A DNA stretch of 64,000 nucleotides, taken from positions 36,704,001 through 36,768,000 of the forward strand of contig OZ024744.1 of the NCBI GenBank assembly GCA_964016885.1. The letters run 5' to 3'. The stretch is from Eledone cirrhosa. Its lineage: Eukaryota. The notes under the pieces were generated by a model, which worked only from the letters and a program-made list of their open reading frames with translations, had not been told where the DNA came from and did not search any database. Each line of letters starts with the position of its first letter. Positions within the stretch are counted from its first letter, which is position 1. Shown piece by piece: positions 35,981 through 47,711 of the stretch. The position numbers were made by a program, and so were the translations under genes.

Positions 35981-38900
35981 GAATGCCATGGTTGACGGAG
36001 GCTCGGCTCTGTAAGGTATAGTAATTTTTAACCGTTAAAACAATTGTAAATTGTTTAAAACTTGAACCAAATTGTTGATAAAGACACCCTCCTCCTCGTG
36101 AGAGGGGTCTTTCTGTCCGTTATTTGGCCCTTCGGGGTTAAATAACCAGTTATTGGGGTTTTGTACCCAAAATTTCATTTTAAACAAAAAACAACATGGC
36201 TACGAAAAATAAATTTCATAGGTCACTCCCACTCATTCCGTCTTCTTCTTCCTCAATCGTCACTACAGCAGAGAGAAGATTGTCTCTCTCCCTCCCTTCT
36301 TTAAATGTGTCTCTCTCCCTCCCTTCTCTTTCGCAAGTGACGAAAGAAAAGAAAAGTCTCGTGCAAAGCGTGCAAGGTTTCTCCACGACGACGACGACAG
36401 CGACGAAACAGGTGTGCGGGAAATACGAAAACCCAGTTCATTCGTCTGACGTCAGGAATAATAGCAGTAGCAGCCGTAATAACAACAGGAACAGTGACAA
36501 TGAAAACAACAGTAGCAGCCGCAACAGCATCACCAGCAGCATAAACAACAACAGCATTAGCAGCAGCAACACCAACAACAACCACAGCAACAGCGGCGGA
36601 GGCAGTAGTCGTAGTACCTGCAGCAACAACAAAAGTACCAGCAGCTCTGACGACAACAACAACAGCAGAGAAAAACCAATCTCATTTGCAGGTATTGCGA
36701 AAAACTTGGAAACAATCCTCATAACAAATGAGGAATTAGAGGAAGCGAAGAAGATGGTGACAAAAACGGAAACCGAGCAATTTGCAAGGCAGCGGAAAAA
36801 TTTTTCGAAACCCAAGAGCACTGTACGGTCACGTACCGTACAGTAAGTACAAAATCCCGTAGGGTGGAAAGAGCCACAGAGGCCCAAATACAAAAAGCCT
36901 TGGGGTCTGTGTGGCAGCGGAAAACGCACATCACCCGAGGCAAAAAATATGCCACCGTAGACGTACTTTTTGCCACACCCCAGGAGGCAAAGGCCCAATC
37001 AGTAGTGACCCTAAGGAGCGAGGAAATGGTGTTGGTGCCCTCCTACTGCGGGCAAAAAATTGTGAGGGTCAAACTGACCCACGTCCCCCCTGGAATGACC
37101 CCTTCTTGGCTGGCCGTGTCTGTCCTCGTCGGAATCGAGGACAAAACAACTGTACTGCAAGTACAGAAAAAAGTAAGAGAAGATTGGGTCGGCTCCTCCA
37201 TTGAGATGCTAATCCAAACCAACCAGGAGTGCATCGAAGCTATCCCGGATGTGATAGACTTCGATAACGGCACTCAACTGCCCATAAGTGTTGAGGGCAA
37301 ACGCCCGAAATGCTTTCGCTGTGGATCGAAGACTCACCTCAGGGCCTTCTGCAACGAGAAGACCCTGAGAAAGGAGAAAACCCCCCTCCTTCCGAATCCG
37401 GCTCCACGGCTACCAGCAACAGGACAAGCGGAAACCAGGAACGATAGGTCCGTGGCACCCATACCCACTCCACGGAAATCAAAAACAGCAGCAGCAGTGG
37501 AAATATTAACAACAACAACAGCAATACCAAATGCAGCTGCAACAGAGACTCCAGTGCAAACATCACCAACAACAACAAGTGAAAGAGTGGAGCTGGTACC
37601 CCTCCCCGACCTCACAGAATCAGACATGGAGTGTGAGGTGGGAGAGGGATGGCAAAAGGTCGCAAGAAGGCACAAACGCAGAAGCAGCGCATCGTCGCCT
37701 TTGAAAAGGGAGGAAAGAAATGAGAAAAGGGTAAAGTCTACTGCAAAGAGACCCACAGCAGCAACACCACCAACACCATCACCACCCACACCAGCACCAC
37801 CATCACCACCACCAACAACACCTTCAACACCACCACCACAAGCACCAACATCGCAAACACAACAACAAAACACACACACCCAGCAACAACGACAAGAAAA
37901 TAGCAGAACCACACCCCACCCCCAGAAAAACAAATGCACGGCAATAAACACACACAACAAGAAACTAATGACTTACATAATTGAACACACAGACATTTCA
38001 CAACAGGACTACATAATACCAGCACCAATCAAAACGCCAACTAACATAAGACTGCTAAAAATAGCACAGAAACAATACACAAACATTAAAACGAAATTCC
38101 CCAACGCAGTTGGTGATTTCAGGGACCTAGGAGGAACCATCAATCGAAGAGTATACTCAGACATTCTCTTAGAAGAGCCGACGACCAGCCGAAGGGACGA
38201 TTCAACGGTCCCTTCACCAGACGATCAAGTGAAAAGGGATGTAAAAACCATCCCTCCTCTACCAAAAGTACGGTAAGTGGTCTTTCCCATCTTTTCCACT
38301 CTATTTTAAACATGACCTCACTCAGAATAGGCAGCATAAATGCGCGTGGCTTGGGGTCGTCGTGGAAGCAGGGTCACCTGCTCAACTACCTCAGGTCACT
38401 AAACATAGATGTAGTGGCCATCAGCGAGACCAGAATCTCCGAAGCACGAGCCTTCGCACCGATCTTCGGCGGCTACGATGTGTACGCATCTCCCAGCCGT
38501 CCTGGATCGGGTGGAGGAGTTGCTGTGCTTTTTCGGAGAGGTTTGGATCTCGCCATACGGGCCATCTTCCTGGACACAGAGGGTAAGCTGGTGGTGTTGG
38601 ACGTGACCAGCGGAGACGGGCAAGCTTTCAGGCTAGAGGCCGTCTATGCCCCGACAGGAGCAGGGCGGCCTGATTTCTTCCGGCGTCTGGAGACCTTTCT
38701 TGGAACGTCCCGCTCTTTAGTGTTAGTGGGCGACTGGAACGGGATCTTAGATGAACGCTGGGACTGTGTGGGATTAGCGGATAGGGGTGGAGGGTGCAAG
38801 AGCCTCACCAACCTGCTCAGGCGTTTTGAACTGTCTGACAGGTACCGATTGGATTTCCCGAATGTGCCAATGTGGACTTGGACAAACCGCATAGGGTCAT

Positions 38901-41900
38901 CCAGATCATATCTAGATAGAGTATTTTGTAGGGAAATAGATAGGTCTAGCATAGGCTGTCCACAATTCAAGATAGTCAGCTACACGGACCACAAATTCGT
39001 GACCTGTGTGCTTGACTTAGATAGGCTTCATAGACGAGGAGCCGGCTACTGGAAGCTAAACGCGTCCTTACCAGCGCGCAAGGCCTACAGAGACCGGATT
39101 AGCGAACTAGTTAAACGGGCGTTGACGGGGGCCATCGTCAACACCAAGTGGTGGTTTGCTCTGAAAAGAGCGATTAGAATAGAATCGATTAGGTTTAGTA
39201 AGGCTTTAGCAATAGAGAAAAATAGAGCAGAGGGAGAACTAGTTAGAAAATTAGACGAGGCGCTTAGCAAAGGCATTGCGACCGACGTGCTTGCGGCGAA
39301 ATTGGCCCTTGACCAATTCTTCAATGCAAAGCACGAAGGCTGCGTTGTGAGAGCTAGGGTGCGTGCTCTCAGACACGAGGGGACGAAAGCCGTTCAATGG
39401 GCCCGAGTGGCGGAGGCGCGTCGTGGCAACAAAGCCACGATCCGGTCTTTGGTGGACCACGACGGGCGCATGCTACTCGATCCCGGGCAAATGTGTGAAG
39501 CTTTTCAGCGACACTTCGCTCAGCTGTTCGGGGGCAGCGGGGGGCCGGGTAGAGGGATGGACTTTAGTGTCTACCTCGACGGACTGCCGCGGCTCTCGGC
39601 CACTGAGGCGAAGTGTTGCGAAAAGCCGATAACAGCCGCTGAAGTAAGGGAGGCAATGACTGGCTGCACAAGGGGTAAATCGCCTGGTTTGGATGGTCTG
39701 CCCTATGAACTTTACGTACAGATGCCAGACTTGTTCGGAGGCCTCTTGGCGGACGTCTACTGCAACTGGCAACAGAACGGGATAATTCCCAGTTCTGTGA
39801 GCCGAGGAGCGGTGGCACTGCTGAGAAAGGATCCGAACAAGGGGGATAACATAGACAATTTTAGGCCCATAACTCTGCTAAACACAGAGTTCAAGATTTT
39901 GGCCAAGGTGCTAGCAAAGAGGTTGGCGCTTGTCGTTGGTGGTCTGGTGGGAGAGGCGCAGACATGCGCCATTCCCGAGAGATCCATCCACGACAACCTC
40001 CACCTCATGCGATACATCATAGAGAGGGTAGCTAAGGAACCTGGCACGGGTGGGTCCTTGATCAATTTAGATCAGTCGAAAGCTTTCGATAGGGTCGACC
40101 ATCGTTACCTAGCGGCAGTCCTGAGGGCGGCTGGCTTTGGGCCCGTCTTCAGAGGCTGGATCGCTGCCATGCACAGCGACATCTGCTCTGTGGTGAGAGT
40201 GAACGGTCACCTGTCGGAACCGTTCAACATCATGCGCTCGGTCCGCCAAGGATGTCCCTTCTCGTCCCTCTTGTACGTATTGACTCTTGAGCCATTACTG
40301 CACAAACTGGAGACGTTGAGGGGAGTCCCGCGCGAACTAGGATGCGGAAGATCCGTGTCAGCATATGAGGACGATGTCACCGTAGTGGTGTCGAATGCCA
40401 AACACATCGATGCGATCGGCACTACACTAAGAGAATACGAAGCGGTGACAGGAGCAATGATCAACCAGGAAAAGTTGGTGGGCCTGCAGCTCGGCACCTG
40501 GAGAGGCAGGTCCATGCCGTCCAACAGCGTCGTCGGGCGCTGGACGGACGGACCGGTTAAATTGCTAGGGGTCTGGTTCGGTCCGGACCTCCAGACGGAC
40601 AAAAACTGGGACGAGGTGACGAGCAGGGTGGCTTCTCTCACCCAGAAATGGGCCGAGAGGAAGCTATCCCTGAAAGGTCGAGCGGAGGTGGCTAACGCGT
40701 ACATCGCGTCTGTCATCTGCTACGCCCTAACCGTCGTACCTTGTCCTAAGCCTCGCCTGACTGCGCTGGAGCGTTTGCTCTTTCGCTTTTTGTGGAAGGG
40801 ACGTGCTCCGATGGTCAAGCGGTCCATCTGTTGTCAACACCCGCTAGGTGGAGGGCTGGGCATGCCGTGGCTGATGATGCGCAGGCACGCGCTCAGGCTA
40901 CGACATCTCCACCTCTTCCTCGACGGTGATCAGGTGTGGTCGCCGTTTGCTAGACGCGTTTTTCCCCAGCTCGTTTCCTTGACGGAGCTGCAGTCCTGGG
41001 TCAAGCGAAGACCGAGAGGGAGCGCCTGGAGACTGGAATGTTTTCAGGCGCTCACAGCCCTCGACCAATCGGGCAATGTGATCGGTGGAAACTCCACCTC
41101 GGCGTTCTATAGATGATTAGTGGAGGGGAAGAGCGACGACGTACTTGGGGAAACTCTAGGCGTCGACGAAAATCAACTAGCCAATCTCTTCGGAAGAACT
41201 TTCGGGCCAGGGCCTATGGACAACTTCCAGAAATCTCTGGCCTGGCAGTGCTACCGAGGAGCCTTGCCAGTTCGGGATAAACTCTACAGGCATGGAGGTG
41301 CCGTCAACCGGGCATGTCCGAGATGCGCGCAGGGCGACGAAACCGTCCTGCACGCACTCGTCCAGTGTCCGAAAATTGCTGACTTGTGGGTTTATGTCGA
41401 ACACCTGCTGTCGCGTTTAGGACGGATCCGGCTATCATCTGAGTCCATCGTGAGGATTGCCCCGCCCTCCTCCTTTAGCCGGGAAGGGCAGGCAGTTTTT
41501 ATCTGCCTGGTGGCCATGGTGAAAGAGATAGTATGGTGGACACGTTTGAAAGGGCTGAAGACGAGCACTTACCTCTTCGGTGATGCTCTGATTGACTTTT
41601 TCAAATTTCATTTGAAAAGGAAAATCAGAGTAGAGAGGGAAGTGCTCTCTTCCCAGCATTTTGTTGAAAAATGGGTGAGAGAAGCAAGAATGGCCGCCCG
41701 AGTGAATGGGCCTACTCTGAGTATATATCTGTAAATTAAAGGTGGAAAACTGGGAGAGGGCACTTGCCTTGGTGGTCAGGGTCATTGTGGCTTTTTACTG
41801 GGCTTTCTCCACAAATGTCCCTCCGAAGTCTGCCCCCTATTGGGGAATTTTTCATTGTTATTTTTTGTTACATCCTCTGTTTTTGTTTTTTACACGCAGA

Positions 41901-41984
41901 AATGCCCAATTGTACCGTCCTGCATTGTCCTGCACTGTCCTTAATGTCTACTTTATGTAAACCCTTGTGGTTAATAAAGAAATC
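35981..41984 (+). mobile_element. Tx1-clade LINE, copy 4; full-length but disabled
   Basis: Near-identical to copy 3. ORF1 is frameshifted near 36765, ORF2 has a GGA>TGA stop at 41114-41116, and YADD has become YEDD. Confidence 0.95.
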
Positions 41985-42038
41985 ATTATTATTATTATTA
42001 TTATTATTAGTAGTAGTATTATTATTATTATTATTATT

Positions 42039-42335
42039 CTTTGCCCACTTATTCCTAGGATGACGTAGGGATACAGTCATCAAGCACGTCTTCCAGCGGG
42101 TCCTGTTAGAAGCAACCGTCCCCAATTAATCCGGCTGGATCCTCAAGCAAAACCAGCTGAGTTTATGGGTCTTATCTAACCATCTTTCTTGGGTTTACCC
42201 CTGAGTCATATGCCGGTTGACTTTGCCCGTAAAATCTGTACAGCGCTTCTTTACTTAGACAGTCTAACCCCATGACCATAATATCGGAGTTGTGTTCTCT
42301 CAATTGAATGAAGAAGCGGCTCTACCAGGAGCCAA
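42039..42335 (-). mobile_element. RTE-like LINE 3' fragment with (TAA)n tail
   Basis: Minus translation gives VEPLLHSIERTQLRYYGHGVRL...RGKP..RWLD...VASNRTRWK, then (AAT)n. Same family as 13930-14156. Confidence 0.7.
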
Positions 42336-42371
42336 CCGATCATGAATAAAAGCAATATTTACATTCATGTA

Positions 42372-42625
42372 GTGGCAAATTCATTAGAGAATCTGATAGA
42401 ATAATCTCTGGCATTTATTTTACTATCTCTTCGCTTTGAGTTCCAATCTTACCGAGATAAACTTTGCCTTTCATCATTGCGAATTCAATAAAGGTATCAG
42501 TCCAGGCTGTGGGGTTGGCAGAACTGTTAGCGTATCAGACGAGGTTCTTTGCTGTATCTGTTCTTGATATTTGCGTTATAAGTTCAAATTTGACCTAGAA
42601 ATTCAAATCCCACCAATGTTTAGGG
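42372..42625 (+). mobile_element. Decayed SINE copies (same family); further remnants at ~15750-15880 (-) and ~43020-43100 (-)
   Basis: gagttccaatcttaccgag..ctttgcctttcatc...aataaaggtatcag, followed by a second head ttggcagaactgttagc...agttcaaat. Confidence 0.55.
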
Positions 42626-43513
42626 CAGATAACTCAAACATAGCACCATAACTGGTTATAAAATCTGTAATAGATGGAGGAGGATTGAAGTTGTCCGTTA
42701 CTGCTGTTGTATAATGATGTTGTTGATGACGACGACGAGTTGGAAGTCTCAAAATGCTATCTAAAAATAAAAGAAAAGTATGTAGTCGAGACAAAACGAT
42801 ATTAGACAAAACAATATTAGAAAATATCTAAGAAAATACTTTAGAAACGTTGGTGTTATTAAACATTATGCAATATATGGATGGGACCATAACTTCTGAT
42901 GGAGTTGGAAATGTACTTAAACCTGACAGAACACATCCCCTTTCTAGCTCTGAATGCAGATGACTTCTTTCAGAGAAGGAGAGAAGGTGACAGAGAGATG
43001 AAGTGAGAAAGCGACGCAGAGACTAGTATATTTTTTGTGGACTTTGAAAGGATGAAAGGCAAAGATAATTTCAGCGTAATTTGAATTTAGAGCTCAGAAA
43101 GCGGGAGCGAATATTTCAATGCATTCTATCCAATTTCGCGCCAATTCGTGTTGCAAAATTTCTTTTGCAACATGAATTGGCACGGAATTTATAGTGCTTA
43201 TTCACGTGACATTCAACAACCAACCAAATCTTAATACCTCCCAAGCCACTTTTTTCACATAAAACAGGAAGAATTTCCAAATCAGAACAAATTAGAGCAA
43301 AAATCACGAGCACTCTATCTCAAAATTACTTTTGAAAAGCATAAGAAATGCGCAATCGGTAAAACCTCAAAACTATAACTGAATACTAACTAATACTTAT
43401 TACTAATTTATACTTATTCCTAATTAAACTATTTTTCACTGGGAAAAATTTGTCAGCATTTTCTTTTCCTTTTTACTAATATATCACAACTCGTGTGTCA
43501 CACCTCTATTTTT

Positions 43514-43587
<74 letters not shown>

Positions 43588-43643
43588 GTTCACGTAGGAA
43601 AGGTAAAGGAAAGGAGAGTACTCTATGTAGGCTATTTAGTTAA

Positions 43644-43765
43644 GTAATAAACAACATAAGACAATTATTTCATTTACCAAAGGTTTCACGAAGACAGACG
43701 AGCTTGACACAGACGTCTTGTGAAACCTTTGGTAAATGAAATAATTGCCTTATGCTGTTTATTAC
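43644..43765. repeat. Short fold-back palindrome containing the 3' half of an HHR, in (TA)n
   Basis: ~50-bp inverted arms, each carrying GAAACC-UUU-GGUA. The left arm has a ~60-nt extra tail ending in (TA)n. Confidence 0.8.
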
Positions 43766-43785
43766 ATAACTATATATATATATAC

Positions 43786-43878
<93 letters not shown>

Positions 43879-45544
43879 GATCGCTGCTCTGCTACGAGTA
43901 TTGCAATCGCTTGTCAGATTATAGAGTTTGGTGCACTTTTACGTTACAGCCAGTCACACGAACCTGTAACATATCCTGAACAAGCAATGCCTGTGCTTTG
44001 AAGGTTTTTTAAGTGGGAAAGGTCTTGTACTCGACCAATCTCTCTCTCTGAACATTGAAAACACAACCCGAAAAGGAGTACTGATCAACATCATCCAATG
44101 CTTCCGAAGCCGCACAATTTTTTAAGAGTTTCCCTCTCTTAGGAAGGTGTTGTGACAACAACTGGGTGTCTTTCACTCCCAGGTGAAAAAAAAAAAAAAT
44201 ATATATATATATACACACACATACTGATAGACAGACAGACAGACCTGACAACATTTAAAAACACAAACGGGAAATACCATGAAAAGAAGTGCCCCAAAAG
44301 GGGAGAAATGAGGCAAAGGGGGGAGATTTTACCTAATGAAAGGTATACCTATTTTCATAAGAGAAGACATCTCTCAGCCACCTCAGAGTGGGTGGGAGAT
44401 CTCCCGGTCGGACGGAGGTAGCTGATTATTCGTTATTTTCACTTAAAACAAAGTGAACATGATCAATAACATATTCTCTCTGATGATCTCTGTTCATTGT
44501 CATAGCATTGAGTTCTGCCCTATGATTTACTTGGAGATCATTTCAGGATCGGGTCTCTCCATCTAGGACTGGGGCGTTCTCAGTTTCTCATTTCAGGCAA
44601 CATACAGTGTAGGCACATTTTCAGGAGATCACAAATTGAACGCTTGATGTTTGTGGTTAATAAGTTTGGGAGAGGGTAGATAAAAAATTGTATCAAATAT
44701 ATTTAGCAAAACAATGAACGAACGGGCTTGAAAAAGTAAAAAAATGAATAGAAGTATGTGAACCAATGAGTTATAAAAGACTGATGTGTTTGATTGTATG
44801 CATAAAACGTGAAAGAAATAGAGACAAAACTAATATATAAATTACCAAAAATGTTGTTTTTTTTCTTTTCGTTTTTTATCCCCAAAATAAACCTTGCTAC
44901 TTATAGAGTAACGTTTATTACTTGTGGCATCATGATGTGAGCTTGAGGAAATGTAGTAATTGAGAAATTTTTGTGTATCTCATTCAGTGTATCACCCTTT
45001 AAAATTATTTAGGAAAATACACAAATGAAGAAGGAAGAAAAAAAGCCAAAAAGAAATAGAAAGAAATGTAAAATATATAGATAGAAAACAATCAAAGTAG
45101 AATGTAATTTTGTCGATGATACTTAGTATAAACCCTTCAGTGAAATAAGCAACGAACATCAGGTAGAGTATAAAATTATTAATAAATGTAATATAAATAG
45201 GACAGCAATCATTCAAACATATATATGTATGCGCCTGCACACACATACACACACACACATACATACATACATACACACATACACATACATGCGCACACAT
45301 ATTTACACATATACGCCAATGCATTTTTTATGAACACGTATACACATATACATAAGCACATATGTAAACACTCTCACACATATATTCCATGCAAAAAAAA
45401 AATTGGCAAAATTCCAATATTTGTATTTCATTTAGATGATGTTTTTCCATCTAAGTTTCTCATAACCTCCACCTCTCTCTCTTTCTTTCTTTCTTTCTCT
45501 CTCGCCCTCTCTCTGTATACACGCAGGACACATACACATATACG

Positions 45545-45636
<92 letters not shown>

Positions 45637-45729
45637 GTAAAACTAATATATATCTTCATTGAACTTCATCGTCTGTTGAGTTTTTCTGATTACTTTTCAC
45701 ACACGCACACTCATAAACACGCACACACA

Positions 45730-45768
<39 letters not shown>

Positions 45769-46035
45769 GCACACGCGCGCGCACACACAACACACACACG
45801 CATGTTTTGTTGAATCACCCATCTTAAGAGCAGATCGATAATGGCGTCGGGTTTATAACATAACTTCTATGGGTGACGTTGAGCCAATCCTATGCGAAAC
45901 ATGTGTAAGAGGCCAATACACAATAAAAATCTAAATATATTTAAACGAAACTTCATCGTTTTTCTCAATATATACATTCTGCCTGTGCATCGAGTACTTA
46001 TCACCAGTAATTCACTGAATCACGCAAACACTATG

Positions 46036-46064
<29 letters not shown>

Positions 46065-46068
<4 letters not shown>

Positions 46069-46231
46069 GAAAAGGTATGACCCCGACGGCAGAGCTCAAG
46101 CCGTTTCGACGGCTATTTCTGGACTAAATAGGAATTTTTAGCCTAATTTTTAGGCTAAAAATTCTAATTTAGTCCAGAAATAGCCGTCGAAACGGCTTGA
46201 ACTCTGCCGTCGGTGTCATACCTTTTTCTAT
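46065..46231. repeat. 167-bp palindrome containing the 3' half of an HHR, in (TA)n
   Basis: Arms are centred at ~46147 and carry GAAACGGC-loop-GCCGUC^ (stem III plus GUC). The right arm has a ~80-nt extra tail. Confidence 0.85.
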
Positions 46232-46399
46232 TACCCACTCTACTACACTAAGTACTGTGTACTCTGGTGCGTTATGGTCCATCTCGTTCCTTATCACAAT
46301 TTTTCTTCATTATATATATATATTGAAAAAAGGAACGGGAACAAAACTAATAAACCTTTGTTTATTAGTTTCACGCTCTTGAGAGTGTGGGGGGGGGGG

Positions 46400-46430
46400 G
46401 GCGTTTCGTGCATAAGCCCTTCTTCAGGCG
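46400..46430 (-). ncRNA. Hammerhead core (Neptune family of 3693)
   Basis: CUGAAGA-a-GGGC-UUAU-GCAC-GAAAC, with downstream sequence homologous to 3720-3750. Confidence 0.55.
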
Positions 46431-46577
46431 ATATATACATATATACATATGTGTGTGTGTTGTTATACTTTGAGAGGGTCATGCTGCCAATAAAAACTTA
46501 TGTTGGTTTTCACTTCAGTTTATTATTAATTTCCGGGTGGTTGGTTTGTTCGATAAACGGATGGTTGTTTATATATT

Positions 46578-46620
46578 GTCAAAGCTCTTTCGTCACACAT
46601 TATGTGACCTCCTCAGTGAC
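46578..46620 (-). ncRNA. Minimal type I hammerhead ribozyme
   Basis: GUCA-CUGAGGA-g-GUCACA-UAAUG-UGUGAC-GAAAG-AG-CUU^UGAC. Confidence 0.8.
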
Positions 46621-46645
46621 TAGCTTTTTATTTCATTATTTTCTA

Positions 46646-46694
<49 letters not shown>

Positions 46695-46815
46695 GTAGTC
46701 AATTTGCGGTGCGAGCTTCTACGTTTTCAAAATATTCAATCGCCTCTGTATTCTGACTCACACATGCTTATATATCTATATACATATATATATATATATA
46801 CATAAACTCAAAATC

Positions 46816-46852
<37 letters not shown>

Positions 46853-46861
<9 letters not shown>

Positions 46862-47276
46862 TAAACAAATAATGAATAAACAATGAAACAGTTCCTTATA
46901 TTAAACAAAAAAAGTTCATTATTTAACGATCGTTTCTAGGATATATATGTGTTAGAATTGGCATGCATATTCAACAGATCTATGTACAAAATTATACAAA
47001 ATTATACAAACTATCAAGATTAAACATACATACCAACACATATATACGCCGTCTTCAGAAATATTTATTTCTGAAGACGGCGTATATATGTGTTGGTATG
47101 TATGTTTAATCTTGATAGTTTGTATAATTTTGTATAATTTTGTACATAGATCTGTTGAATATGCATGCCAATTCTAACACATATATATCCTAGAAACGAT
47201 CGTTAAATAATGAACTTTTTTTGTTTAATATAAGGAACTGTTTCATTGTTTATTCATTATTTGTTTAATATTTTAT
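46853..47276. repeat. Perfect 424-bp palindrome of two back-to-back long-stem-II HHRs
   Basis: Centre at 47064-47065. The + arm HHR (47065-47210) reads UUAUUU-CUGAAGA-cGGcgUAUAUAUGUGUUGG...CUAACACAUAUAUAuCCua-GAAACGAUCGUU^AAAUAA. The right arm extends ~130 nt further to (TA)n. Confidence 0.95.
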
Positions 47277-47661
47277 CTTGACTCTGTATACCGTTTATCT
47301 TTCACCGAAAGTGATTTTTCATTACATCTCTTCTTTCCATGATATCCGGAATACATTGAGTTCTTCATACGGATTGGACACTACCGTAAACTCTTGGTAG
47401 ATTTATCTACATATATATATATATATATACAATTAAGTTAACATACAGAATAGTGTTTACATACAGAATAGCTGGACACTCACAGTAAAGTGACCAGTGA
47501 AAACTCGGTACATCTACATATGTACACGTGTGTGTATGCATATGCATACTAGTATTTCAGTATACATATGTGGATGTACATTTTTAACTTAATTGTTTAA
47601 GCGTCAGTCATACAAAAGTGAGTTACAAACGAAACGAAATTTAATTTCGTTTCGTTATTTG

Positions 47662-47704
<43 letters not shown>

Positions 47705-47711
<7 letters not shown>

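Larger units (their letters stand above)
27212..41984 (+). repeat. Tandem duplication of a ~7.39-kb unit [SINE - R4 fragment - Tx1]
   Basis: Offset is 7387 nt (28594 vs 35981), with identical junctions. Confidence 0.95.
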
